Below, piece by piece: positions 52,562-63,816 of a DNA stretch of 64,000 nt (positions are counted from its first letter, which is position 1; the number at the start of each line of letters is the position of its first letter). The translations under genes were made by a program, and so were the position numbers. Below the pieces are notes generated by a model. The model saw only the letters and a list, made by a program, of their open reading frames with translations. It searched no databases and was not told the DNA's origin. The stretch is from Gemmatimonadales bacterium (GTDB taxonomy: Bacteria; Gemmatimonadota; Gemmatimonadetes; Gemmatimonadales; JACORV01), in contig DASXPG010000106.1 in the NCBI GenBank assembly GCA_036493755.1, positions 11,241-75,240 on the forward strand, in the 5' to 3' direction.

Positions 52562-54493
52562 ATGCGCGGCAAGAACGAACGCGGCTACGTCCGGCTCGAA
52601 ACGCCGCTCGTCCGGGAGAAGGGCGTTCTGCGCCCCGCTTCCTGGGAGAGCGCACTCGACCGGGCGGCGGAGGGCTTTGCCCATATCCGCGAGACCCGGG
52701 GCGGCGACGCCATCGGGATCTTCAGCTGCTCGAAGTCGACGAACGAGATGAACTTCCTCGCGGGGAAACTGGCTCGCCAGGCGTTCGGCTCGCATAACGT
52801 CGACAGCTGCAACCGGACCTGACACGCTCCTAGCGTCGTCGGTCTGGCGACAGCGTTTGGCGCGGGCGGGGGCACCACCTCGTACCGCGAGATGGAAGAG
52901 ACGGATGTGATTTTCCTCTGGGGCGCGAACCCCAGGGAGAATCATCCGATCATCTACCATCACATCCTGAAGGGGATTCACCACGGCGCGAAACTCTACG
53001 CGGTGGATCCTCGGCGGACGCCTTCGGCCCAGTGGGCCGATGTGTGGATGGGTCTCAACGTCGGCAGCGACATCGCGCTCTCGAATGCGATGGCGCGGGT
53101 CATGATCCATGAAGGCCTGGTGCACGAACATTTCGTCGCCCACGCGACGACCGGTTTTGACGCGTATCGGACGTCGGTGGAACCCTGGACCCTCGACAAG
53201 GCCGAGCAGGTCACGGGCGTCCCGGCCGACGTGATCCGTGAAGCGGCGATCACGTATGCGAAGGCGAAGAAGGCGATCATCTGCTGGACCCTCGGAATCA
53301 CGGAGCACCACAACGCCGTCGACAATGTTCTGGCACTCATCAACCTCTCCCTCCTCACCGGCCACGTCGGACACTATGGCTCGGGGCTCAGCCCGCTGCG
53401 CGGACAGAACAACGTCCAGGGCGGCGGCGACATGGGCGCGATTCCCAACAAGCTCGTCGGCTTCCAGGACCCGCTCGATCCCGCCATCAAATCGCGCTTC
53501 GAGAAGGCGTGGGGCGTGCAACTTCCGAACAAGCTCGGCTGGACGATCACCGACATGTTCCACGCCATGGAGCGCGGCGACATGACCGGACTCTTCGTGA
53601 TCGGCGAAAATCCGGCGCAGTCGGAAGCGGACCAGCACCACACCCAGGCGATGCTCGAAGGCCTGGAGCACATGGTGGTACAGGACATTTTCCTGACCCG
53701 GACCGCGCAACTCGCCCACGTCGTTCTCCCTTCGACGGCGAGCTGGTGCGAGAGCGACGGCACGGTGACCAACAGCGAGCGCCGGGTCCAGCGGGTGCGC
53801 GCCGCGCTCCAGCCACCGGGCGACGCGCGCGACGAGCTGTGGATTCTGTCGGAAATGGCGAAGCGCCTCGGCATCGACTGGGGCAAACCCACGGCCGAGA
53901 GCGTCTGGAACGAAGTGCGCACCATGGCGCCGGAAATGTTCGGCGGGATGAGCTATCCGCGCCTCGAGAAACTCGGCGGCATCCAGTGGCCCTGCCCGGA
54001 CGAATCGCATCCCGGCTCGCTGCTGCTCCACGACCGGCTCTGGGCCGAGCCGCGGGGCGGCCCGCCGGCACCGTTCAGCGTCGTGGTCTACGAGCCGCCG
54101 GTCGAGATGCCCGACGCCGAGTATCCCTTCCAGCTCACCACCGGGCGCCGCCTCGATTCGTACAACACCGGGGTGCAGACGGCGGGCTACGCCTCGCCAC
54201 TTCGGCGCGCGGAAACGGTCGACATGTCGCCCGAAGATGTCGATCGACTCGGCCTCGAGGAGGGCGACAGCGTGGAGATCGCGTCCCGGCGCGGCTGCGT
54301 CGTCGCCCCGGTGCACGTGGAACCCAATCTCAGGCCCGGCCTCGTCTTCATGACGCTGCACAACCAGGACGACGTGCGCGTCAACCTGCTCACCATCGAC
54401 GTCACCGATCCCAAGTCGGGCACCGCGGAGTTCAAGGCCTGCGCCGTGCGCATCGAGCCGGTGCGCAAGCCCGCCGCGGCCGCCGGCGACTGA
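52562..54493 (+). CDS. fdhA: Formate dehydrogenase catalytic (molybdopterin) subunit lacking the N-terminal Fe-S domains; in-frame UGA (52820-52822) read as selenocysteine
   Basis: ORFs 52562-52822 and 52892-54493 share one frame, interrupted only by TGA. Across it the translation is NVDSCNRT-U-HAPSVVGLATAFGAGGGTTS, the FdhF active-site motif (VDCCARV-U-HGPSVAGL). The downstream molybdopterin and dinucleotide-binding domains are intact. Confidence 0.85.
52823..52855 (+). promoter_or_regulatory. SECIS-like recoding hairpin
   Basis: gtcgtc (52835-52840) pairs with ggcgac (52846-52851) around the loop GGTCT. The GGTCTG starts 18 nt after the UGA, the same spacing as in E. coli fdhF (UGA-N18-GGUCUG). 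Confidence 0.6.
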
Positions 54494-54506
54494 AGCAAGG
54501 GAGCTC

Positions 54507-56377
<1,871 letters not shown>

Positions 56378-56381
<4 letters not shown>

Positions 56382-57322
56382 GCGAAGGACCGCGCAACGA
56401 GCGCGTCGAAATCAGCGTGGACGGCGAGAACGTCACGGTACCGAAGGGCGGCACCATTCTCGACGCCTGCCGGCAGCTGGGGCGCGAGATCCCGACCCTC
56501 TGCTACCTCGAGACGCTGCACCCGGTCAACGCCTGCCGGGTTTGCGTCGTCGAGCTGGAAGGCTCGCGGGTGCTGGTCCCCTCCTGCTCGCGCATCGCGA
56601 CACCCGGCATGAAGGTGAAAACCGACTCGCCGCGGGTGAAGCTCAGCCGCAAGATGGTGCTGGAATTCCTGGATTCGTCGGTTGACCTGTCCACCGCGCC
56701 TAACGTCGAGGGCTGGCTGGCCGAGTACGGTTGCGACAGCGAGCGCTACGGCCCCGAAGCCCAGCCGGCCACGGCCGGCGAGCGTGACGAGGCGCCGGCC
56801 GGCCACCATCACAAGCCGGATCCCGCCGTCGCCGCGACCGTGCACCAGCCGGTCAAGGTCGACAACGACCTCTACGTGCGCGACTACTCCAAGTGCATTC
56901 TCTGCTACAAGTGCGTCGAGGCCTGCGGGACCGACTACCAGAACACCTTCGCCATCGCCGTCGCGGGTCGCGGATTCGACGCGCGAATCTCGACCGAAAT
57001 GGCCGTCCCCCTCCCCGATTCGGCGTGCGTCTACTGCGGCAACTGCATCGCCGTCTGTCCCACCGGCGCGCTGATGTTCAAGACCGAGCACGATCGTCGC
57101 GCCGAGGAGACCTGGGACGAAGCGAAGCAGCACGTCACCGACACCATCTGCCCCTACTGCGGCGTGGGCTGCACGCTCCAGCTCCGGGTGCAGGAAAACC
57201 AGGTCGTCCGGGTCACCTCGCCGCTCGACCACTCCATCACCCGTGGAAACCTCTGCATCAAGGGACGATTCGGCTGGCGCTTCGTCGAGAATCGGAGCCG
57301 GCAGCGCGATGTCGACGACTGA
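56378..57322 (+). CDS. NuoG-like Fe-S subunit: 2Fe-2S, two 4Fe-4S ferredoxin motifs, and the Fe4S4 cap normally fused to the molybdopterin domain
   Basis: TLCYLE...NACRVCVVE...PSC (2Fe-2S), CILCYKCVEAC and CVYCGNCIAVCP (ferredoxin-type). It ends ICPYCGVGCTLQLRV...GNLCIKGRFGWRFV, then stops. ATGA overlap with the NuoEF gene. Confidence 0.85.
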
Positions 57323-58166
57323 CGAGCCGCCACCGGAGCTGCAGCCCGATCATCCGCTGAGGGGACTCGGCTACCGCGATCCGGTACGCGGCAGGCCGGT
57401 GACGCTGCTCGACGGGAACGCGCGCCATATCAACGAAGCGGCCGTCGTCGAAGAAGTGCCGGTCGCGATGATCTACAATTCCCAGCCCCATGCCGTGATG
57501 ATGGCGACGCCGGCCGACTTCGAGGATTTCGCGGTCGGGTTTTCGCTGTCGGAAGGAATCGTCGCGTCGGCGAAGGAAATCTCGAAGCTCGAGGTGCTGC
57601 GCTACGCCCAGGGCGTCGAAGTGCAGCTCACGATTCCCGATGCGGCGCTGGCGCGGCTCAAGGATCGCGGGCGCGCGCTGATCGGCCGGGTGGGATGCGG
57701 ACTCTGCGGCGTGCAGACCATCGAAGAGGCGCTGCGGCAGCCCAGGCCGGTCGCGCCGGGCGCGAAGATCCGGGTCGATGCCCTCTGGCGCGCGGAGCGG
57801 GAATTGCCCGCACTCCAGAAGCTCAACCAGGATACGGCATCGCTGCACGCGGCGGCATGGGCCAACGATGACGGCCTTCCCGAGATCGTGCGCGAGGACG
57901 TAGGACGTCACAACGCGCTGGACAAAGTGATCGGTGCGCTGGCCCGCACCGGGAGAAATCCCGCCGATGGCTTCGTGGTGATAACCAGCCGGGCGAGTTA
58001 CGAGCTCGTACAGAAAGCCGCGGCGGTCGGAATCAGGCTGCTGGCCGCGGTGTCACGGCCCACCGGGCTGGCCATCGGTCTCGCCGAAACCAGCGGCCTG
58101 ACCCTGGTGGCCCTGCTCCGCGGAAAGACCGCGAGCATTTACGCCCATGGCGAGAGGTTGCAATGA
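57309..58166 (+). CDS. fdhD: Formate dehydrogenase accessory sulfurtransferase FdhD
   Basis: EVPVAMIYNSQPHAVMMATPADFEDFAVGFSLSEGI, GCGLCG, GRHNALDK and SRASYELVQKAA. Confidence 0.9.
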   Translation: MSTTDEPPPELQPDHPLRGLGYRDPVRGRPVTLLDGNARHINEAAVVEEVPVAMIYNSQPHAVMMATPADFEDFAVGFSLSEGIVASAKEISKLEVLRYAQGVEVQLTIPDAALARLKDRGRALIGRVGCGLCGVQTIEEALRQPRPVAPGAKIRVDALWRAERELPALQKLNQDTASLHAAAWANDDGLPEIVREDVGRHNALDKVIGALARTGRNPADGFVVITSRASYELVQKAAAVGIRLLAAVSRPTGLAIGLAETSGLTLVALLRGKTASIYAHGERLQ

Positions 58167-58768
58167 GTCCTCCTTCCGGCCACGCCGCGCTCGACCAGCT
58201 GCGGCACGGCAATGCGCGCTTCACCGCCAACCTGAAATCCGCGCGGTCACGGCCGCTGGAGCTGCCCATCGGCCAGGAGCCTCTGGCCATCGTCCTCGGC
58301 TGCTCCGACGCGCGCGTCCCCGCCGAGATCATTTTCGACCAGGGGCTGGGCGATCTCTTCGTGATCCGTGTGGCCGGCAACATCGTCGCGCCCTCGCAAG
58401 TCGCCAGCGTGGAGTTCGCGGCCGAGCTGTTCGGCACCCGGCTGGTGGTGGTGCTGGGACATTCGGAATGCGGCGCCATCACCGCCACACTGGCCGAGCT
58501 CCGAGGCACGGCGCCGCGCAAGGCCAACCTCGCTTCGATCATCGACCGTGTCCGGCCCTCGGTCTCGCCGCTGATGGTCACCAACCTGCGTAACGACCCC
58601 GAGGCCCTGCTGCGCGCCGCGGTCCGTGCCAACATCGTCGCTTCTGCCGCGCACCTGCGTCACGGCTCGGCGATCATCGAGGAACTTGTTGCCACGGAAG
58701 GCCTGCTGGTCGTCGGCGCGGAATACTCGCTCGAGACTGGCGTCGTGGATTTCTTTGATGGGGCGTAG
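58163..58768 (+). CDS. Beta-class carbonic anhydrase
   Basis: Zinc ligand motifs CSDARV and HSECGA, plus FVIRVAGN. ATGA overlap with fdhD. Confidence 0.9.
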   Translation: MSPPSGHAALDQLRHGNARFTANLKSARSRPLELPIGQEPLAIVLGCSDARVPAEIIFDQGLGDLFVIRVAGNIVAPSQVASVEFAAELFGTRLVVVLGHSECGAITATLAELRGTAPRKANLASIIDRVRPSVSPLMVTNLRNDPEALLRAAVRANIVASAAHLRHGSAIIEELVATEGLLVVGAEYSLETGVVDFFDGA

Positions 58769-58840
58769 GAACGGGGAACGAGGAACGGGGAACGAGGAAG
58801 CCAAACCCTTCCCCCTTCCCCGTTCCCCGTTCCCCGTTCT
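58768..58840. terminator. Long hairpin built from GGGGAAC-type heptamer repeats between convergent genes
   Basis: gaacggggaacgaggaacggggaacgagg pairs with cccccttccccgttccccgttccccgttc (26 of 29 positions) around an ~11-nt loop. It fills the entire gap between two stop codons. Confidence 0.6.
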
Positions 58841-61539
58841 CAGTCCGCTCTTAAGGTCTCCGCTGGATCCAGCGACGCGGCGCGCCACGCCGGGATCGCA
58901 CCGGCGGCCAGTGCCACCAACCCAAGCACCACGGCCGACAGGGCCAGGGTCAGCGGATCGTTGCGCTGCACTCCGTAGAGGAACGACGCCACCAGTTTCG
59001 TCGCCGCCAAGGCGCCGGCGAGTCCGAAGATCGCGCCCAGGCCGATCAGCGTTCCCGCTTCGCCCAGCACCATCTTCAGGACGCGCGAGCGCGCCGCGCC
59101 TAACGCGAGCCTGATGCCGATCTCGTTGCGCCGCTGCGCCACCCCATACGCCATCGTACCGTAGAGCCCGATGATCGCCAGCAGCAAGGCCAGGCCGCCG
59201 AAGAAGCCCGACACCGTCGCCAGCAGCCGCGGGCGCCGGATCGATTCCGACACTTGCCGGGTCAGGGTCACAAAATCCAGCTGGGCCGCGTGGTTCTCCG
59301 CCAGCGCCGCCGCGGTCACTTGTGCCGAGAGCGCCAACGGATCGCCGGCTGCGACCCGCAGCTCATACGACGCCTCGCTCCCGAACCAGTCGGTCTGGCT
59401 GTTGGGGACGTAGGCGATCGGCTGGAGCTCTTCGTTGAGTTTGCCGTACTTCGCATTCTCAACCACGCCCACGATCTGGAATGGGTGGCCCGGCTTGCCG
59501 TCCACCCCGGAGATCCGGAAGCTGCGGCCCAGCGGCGAGCCACCGGGGAAGTACGCGTGCGCCATGGCCTCATTGATGACGGCCACGAAAGGCGCGCCGA
59601 TCCGGTCACCCTCGGCGATGTCGCGACCGCCCCGCAGCTCGGTGCCGAGGGTCTGGAACCACCCGGGGCTCACCATGTTGAAGTCGACCGACGTCTTCCG
59701 GTCGCGTACCACCGAGTCGCCGTCGGCGATCACCTGCTCGTTCCACCCGCTGCCGCTGATCGGCGACGTGAACGAGAGCGCAGCCGAGCGTACACCCGGG
59801 AGGGCGCGCAGCTTCTCGAGCAGGTCATCGCGCATCAGTCGCTGACGCGCGCTGTCGAGCCCCGAGTTCCCGAAGTCGACCGTCGCGACGAGCACCCCCT
59901 CGCGCCGGAAGCCCGGATTCATGGTGGTCAGCCGCCGGAAGGTCCCGACCAGCAGCCCCGCCGCGACCACCAGCACCAGCGACAAGGCGATCTGGCCGAT
60001 GACCAGCGCCCGCGCGACGGGCAGCCGGGCGGCCGTGGTGCCCCGGCTCTGGGCCTTCATCGCCGCCTGCGGATCGACCCGCGTCGCCCGCCAGGCCGGC
60101 GCCAGGCCGAAGAGCACACCGGTGGCCACCGCGACCGCGACCGCGAAGCCGAGGACCCGCAGGTCCGGGTGCAGATCGAGCCAGACGCTGCCGTTGCGGG
60201 TGGCCAGGTACCGGACCAGCAGCGCGCTGGCCCAGCGCGCGAAGACGATGCCTAACGATGCGCCGAGTCCGGCGAGCAACAGGCTCTCGGTCAGCAGTTG
60301 CCGGACCAGCCGGCCCCGCCCCGCGCCCATGGCCAGCCGCACCGCCATCTCCCGCTGCCGCGCCGTCGCGCGGGCCAGCAGCAGATTGGCCACGTTGGCG
60401 CAGGCGATCAGCAGCACCACGCCGACCACCACCAGCAGCACCGTCAGTGCCTTGCTGTACTGGTGGCGCACATCGGAGGTGCCGCCGGCCCCCGCTTCGG
60501 CCCACAGCGTCCGCTTCAGGTAGTCGTGCTGGTACTCGCGTCCCCAGTTGCCCGGCAGCGTGGCCTGGTACACGCTCGGTGCCATCGCGGCGAGCCGCGA
60601 GCGTGTGACTTCGATCGACTGGCCCGGCGGCAGCCGGCCCATGATCCGCAGAAACCAGTTCCCGCGATGATCCAGCGCCTGCGGATCGCCACTGATGATG
60701 GGACGGGCGCAGAGCGGCACGTAGATCGCCGGTGCGTTCCCGATCTCCATTCCGGTGAACGCGGGGTCGGTCACCCCGACGATCGTGACCGGATGGCCAT
60801 CGAGCGGCAGCGAGGCGCCCACCGCGGCGCCGGCGGCGCCGAATTGCCGCTGGGCGAACCCGGAGCTGAGAACCGCCACCGGCGTGCAGCCGCGCACATC
60901 GTCGCCGGCGGTGAGGAGACGGCCGGCGGCCGCGCCAACGCCCAGCACCTGGAAGGCGCCGCCGCTCACCCAGTACGCGGGAATCCGCCGAACCACACCG
61001 CCGGTCGAGAGATCGAAGCGGGTGTCGCCGTACGCGAAGAATGAGCCGACACCGCTGCTGCGGTCCCGGACCGCTTCCCAGATGGGATTGGTGAGCACGG
61101 CGCTGCCGCTGACCGGACCCTGCGAGGGCCGTTCGTCCGTCACGGCGATGAGCGACGCGGGATCGTTCACCGGCAGCGACCGGAGCATCACCGCATTGAC
61201 GAGGGTGAAGATCGCCGCGTTGGCGCCGATGCCGAGAGCGAGCGAGAGAATGGCGATCGCCGCAAAGCCGGGATTGCCCCGCAGCCCCCGAAGCGCGTAC
61301 CGGAGGTCGTCCGCGACGGACGCCAGCCAGCCCAGGAGATCGGCGTCGCGGGTCTGTTCCTTCATCACCGTTCGGTTGCCGAAACGCCGCCGCGCTTCAG
61401 CCTCCGCATCGGGGCGGCTCATGCCCGCGCGCATCAGGTCGTCCACCCGCTCGTCCAGGTGGAACGACATTTCCCGTTCGGCACCGGCCGAGAGGGCGTC
61501 GTCGCGGAAGAGATTCCCGAGCCGCCGGAAAAAGCTCAC
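58840..61539 (-). CDS. ADOP/MacB-like ABC transporter permease with N-terminal prefix domain (899 aa)
   Basis: The prefix MSFFRRLGNLFRDDALSAGAEREMSFHLDERVDDLM precedes DDLRYALRGLRGNPGFAAIAILSLALGIGA. Also has [31 protein letters not shown] and QRRNEIGIRLALGA. Its GTG start overlaps the padR stop. Confidence 0.9.
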   Translation of the reverse strand: MSFFRRLGNLFRDDALSAGAEREMSFHLDERVDDLMRAGMSRPDAEAEARRRFGNRTVMKEQTRDADLLGWLASVADDLRYALRGLRGNPGFAAIAILSLALGIGANAAIFTLVNAVMLRSLPVNDPASLIAVTDERPSQGPVSGSAVLTNPIWEAVRDRSSGVGSFFAYGDTRFDLSTGGVVRRIPAYWVSGGAFQVLGVGAAAGRLLTAGDDVRGCTPVAVLSSGFAQRQFGAAGAAVGASLPLDGHPVTIVGVTDPAFTGMEIGNAPAIYVPLCARPIISGDPQALDHRGNWFLRIMGRLPPGQSIEVTRSRLAAMAPSVYQATLPGNWGREYQHDYLKRTLWAEAGAGGTSDVRHQYSKALTVLLVVVGVVLLIACANVANLLLARATARQREMAVRLAMGAGRGRLVRQLLTESLLLAGLGASLGIVFARWASALLVRYLATRNGSVWLDLHPDLRVLGFAVAVAVATGVLFGLAPAWRATRVDPQAAMKAQSRGTTAARLPVARALVIGQIALSLVLVVAAGLLVGTFRRLTTMNPGFRREGVLVATVDFGNSGLDSARQRLMRDDLLEKLRALPGVRSAALSFTSPISGSGWNEQVIADGDSVVRDRKTSVDFNMVSPGWFQTLGTELRGGRDIAEGDRIGAPFVAVINEAMAHAYFPGGSPLGRSFRISGVDGKPGHPFQIVGVVENAKYGKLNEELQPIAYVPNSQTDWFGSEASYELRVAAGDPLALSAQVTAAALAENHAAQLDFVTLTRQVSESIRRPRLLATVSGFFGGLALLLAIIGLYGTMAYGVAQRRNEIGIRLALGAARSRVLKMVLGEAGTLIGLGAIFGLAGALAATKLVASFLYGVQRNDPLTLALSAVVLGLVALAAGAIPAWRAASLDPAETLRAD

Positions 61540-61868
61540 GCGAACTGCACCACGTGCCGGACGCCTTCGGTCAGCCGCGCCCAGCTCTCCAGCTCCGTTG
61601 CGAGCTGGCGTTTCCCCGCCGCCGTGATGGTATAGAAGCGCGCCTCACGATTCTTCTCCGTCACGCCCCACTCGGCGCGCACCCATCCGTCCTGCTCCAT
61701 GCGATGGAGGGCCGGATAGAGCGAGCCTTCCTCGACCCGCAGCAATTCGCGCGAGGCCGTCTGGATGTGGGCGGTGATCGCATAGCCGTGCATCCGGCCC
61801 TGCGCGGTGAGGGTCTTGAGCACCAGCAGGGCGAGGGTGCCCTGGAGAATGTCGGAGCGTCGAGGCAT
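61536..61868 (-). CDS. PadR-family transcriptional regulator
   Basis: LQGTLALLVLKTLTAQGRMHGYAITAHIQ...EGSLYPALHRMEQDGWV...YTITAAGKRQL. Confidence 0.9.
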   Translation of the reverse strand: MPRRSDILQGTLALLVLKTLTAQGRMHGYAITAHIQTASRELLRVEEGSLYPALHRMEQDGWVRAEWGVTEKNREARFYTITAAGKRQLATELESWARLTEGVRHVVQFA

Positions 61869-61904
61869 AGGTATCTATGTATCGATACCTAGATGACTAT
61901 GCAA
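61869..61904 (-). promoter_or_regulatory. Candidate padR promoter/operator: palindrome abutting the start codon
   Basis: AGGTATC...GATACCT with an internal perfect palindrome GTATCGATAC (61869-61890). On the minus strand: TTGCAT (61904-61899), 17 nt, TACATA (61881-61876), 7 nt, ATG. No RBS, which is compatible with a leaderless transcript. Confidence 0.35.
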
Positions 61905-61929
61905 GAGGCAGGAAGGAACGAGACTCCCT

Positions 61930-63774
61930 CTACAGATTCTGGCTCACCGCCACCCTCGGCGCGTCTTTCTCGGGCTCCGGCGTAAAGTCCTCGCCCGGAT
62001 TGATGAAGCGGTCCAGCTCGACCTTGTACTGGCGGTCGTAGAGCTGCCGATACCGCCCACCCGTGGCCAGCAGCTCGCGGTGGGTGCCGCGCTCGACGAT
62101 CTCGCCATTCTCGAGGACCAGGATCTGGTCGGCGGAGACGATGGTCGACAGCCGGTGCGCGATCACGAAGGCGGTCCGGCCCTTCCGCAAGGCGCGGAGG
62201 CCTTCCTGGATCAGCGCCTCGCTCTCGCTGTCGAGCGAGCTGGTCGCCTCGTCGAGGATCAGGATGCGCGGGTCGGCCAGGATGGCGCGCGCGATGGAGA
62301 TACGCTGCCGCTGGCCGCCGGAGAGCTTGATCCCCCGCTCGCCTACCACGCTGTCGTAACCTTCGGGGAAGCCGCGGATGAATTCGTCGGCGTTGGCGAC
62401 GCGCCCCACTTCCTCGATTTCGGCGCGGGTCGCGTGGGGCCGGGCGAACGCGATGTTTTCGGCGACGGTGCCATCGAAGAGAAAGTTTTCCTGCAACACC
62501 ACGCCGAGGGAGCGGCGATACTCGCGCAGCCGGATCGAGCTCAGGTCGCGGCCGTCGATGAGGATCCGGCCTTCGCGCAGCCGGTTGAAGGCCATCACCA
62601 GGCTGATCAGCGTGCTCTTCCCCGACCCCGAGCTGCCCACCAGCGCGGTCGTGGTGCCGGCTGGAGAATGGAAGGAGATGTGCTTCAGGACGTCGAGGCC
62701 GGGATTGTAGGCGAAGGAGACATTCTCGAAGACCACGTCGCCATTGATGTTGCCGGCGGGGGCGAGGATGGCGTCGTCCTTGTCCTCGGTCTCGACGGTC
62801 CGGATTTCACGGATCCGGTCGAGCCCGGCAAAGGCCTCGGAGACCTGCGTGCCGATGTTGGCGATCTGGATCAACGGCAGCGCCATGTAACCCGTAAAGA
62901 TTGCATAGGTCAGGAGTTCGCCGGCTGACATGCGCCCGGCCAGCACCGTCCGGCCGCCCCACCAGATCATCAGCACGCCGATGGCGCCCACGACCAGCGA
63001 GGCAAAGGCGCCGGTGCCGGAAACGGCGGTGATGGACTTGGCGACATTGCGGAAAAGCCGGTGCGCGCCGGTGGCAAAGACGTAACGTTCGCGGCGCTCC
63101 GCCGTATAGGCCTTGACCACGCGAATGCCGCCCAGAGTTTCATTGAGGCGGCCCGTCACGTCGGCGTTGATCTTCCCCCGCTCGCGGAAAAGCGGGCGCA
63201 GCCGGTTGAAGGCGGTGGCCATCCCGGTGCCGAAGACGATGAGAATTGTCAGCGTCACCGTCGTGATGCGCCAGTTCAAATGAAAGAGGTAACCGAGGGC
63301 CAGGATCGCGGTGACAAAGCCGCCGATGAGCTGGACCAGGCCCGAACCCACCAGGTTCCGGATACCTTCGGCGTCGGTCATGATGCGGGAAATCAGGATG
63401 CCGGTCTTGCTGGAGTCGAAATAGCTGACCGGCAGCCGGGCGACATGCTCCTGGACCTGTTTGCGCATCTCGGTGATAGCGCGCTGCGCCGCTACGCCGA
63501 GAAGCTGGGAGAGGGCGAAGGACGTCACCGCCTGCACCAGCGTCGCGGCGGCCACGGCAATGACGATCACCGGCAGCAAGTCGGCGCGGTGCTTGCCGAT
63601 GACGTCGTCGATGAGGTATTTCGGCGTGGCGGGAAGTACCAGTCCGGCGATCCGGCTGATCAGCATGAGCACCATGCCGACGGCCAGGCGCCAGCGGTAC
63701 ACCCAGATGATTGCCTTGGCCTCGGCCCAGGCATTGCGATAGTCGGTTTTCTTCTTTCCCTGGGAAGCCGTCAT
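61930..63774 (-). CDS. ABC exporter, fused transmembrane + ATP-binding (MsbA/ABCB-type)
   Basis: Six-TM N-terminal half. Walker A GSSGSGKST, signature LSGGQRQR, Walker B ILILDEATS. ATG 63774 (MTASQGKKK) is preferred over GTG 63792. Confidence 0.85.
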   Translation of the reverse strand: MTASQGKKKTDYRNAWAEAKAIIWVYRWRLAVGMVLMLISRIAGLVLPATPKYLIDDVIGKHRADLLPVIVIAVAAATLVQAVTSFALSQLLGVAAQRAITEMRKQVQEHVARLPVSYFDSSKTGILISRIMTDAEGIRNLVGSGLVQLIGGFVTAILALGYLFHLNWRITTVTLTILIVFGTGMATAFNRLRPLFRERGKINADVTGRLNETLGGIRVVKAYTAERRERYVFATGAHRLFRNVAKSITAVSGTGAFASLVVGAIGVLMIWWGGRTVLAGRMSAGELLTYAIFTGYMALPLIQIANIGTQVSEAFAGLDRIREIRTVETEDKDDAILAPAGNINGDVVFENVSFAYNPGLDVLKHISFHSPAGTTTALVGSSGSGKSTLISLVMAFNRLREGRILIDGRDLSSIRLREYRRSLGVVLQENFLFDGTVAENIAFARPHATRAEIEEVGRVANADEFIRGFPEGYDSVVGERGIKLSGGQRQRISIARAILADPRILILDEATSSLDSESEALIQEGLRALRKGRTAFVIAHRLSTIVSADQILVLENGEIVERGTHRELLATGGRYRQLYDRQYKVELDRFINPGEDFTPEPEKDAPRVAVSQNL

Positions 63775-63816
63775 ATCTTTAAAGTAGCACACGAGACCAG
63801 TCGGTCGGGACTACGC

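Noticed and set aside
52562-54493. Interpreting the TGA at 52820 as a nonsense mutation (pseudogene), or treating the locus as two separate genes
   Set aside because: The stop is the only interruption, it sits exactly at the conserved Cys/Sec catalytic position, and it is followed by a GGUCU-loop hairpin at the fdhF spacing. Selenocysteine recoding is the more economical explanation, pending detection of sel genes.
57243-57308. Earlier ATG (57243) for fdhD
   Set aside because: It would add 22 residues translated from the end of the Fe-S subunit gene in another frame. MSTTDEPP at 57309 gives a normal FdhD N-terminus.
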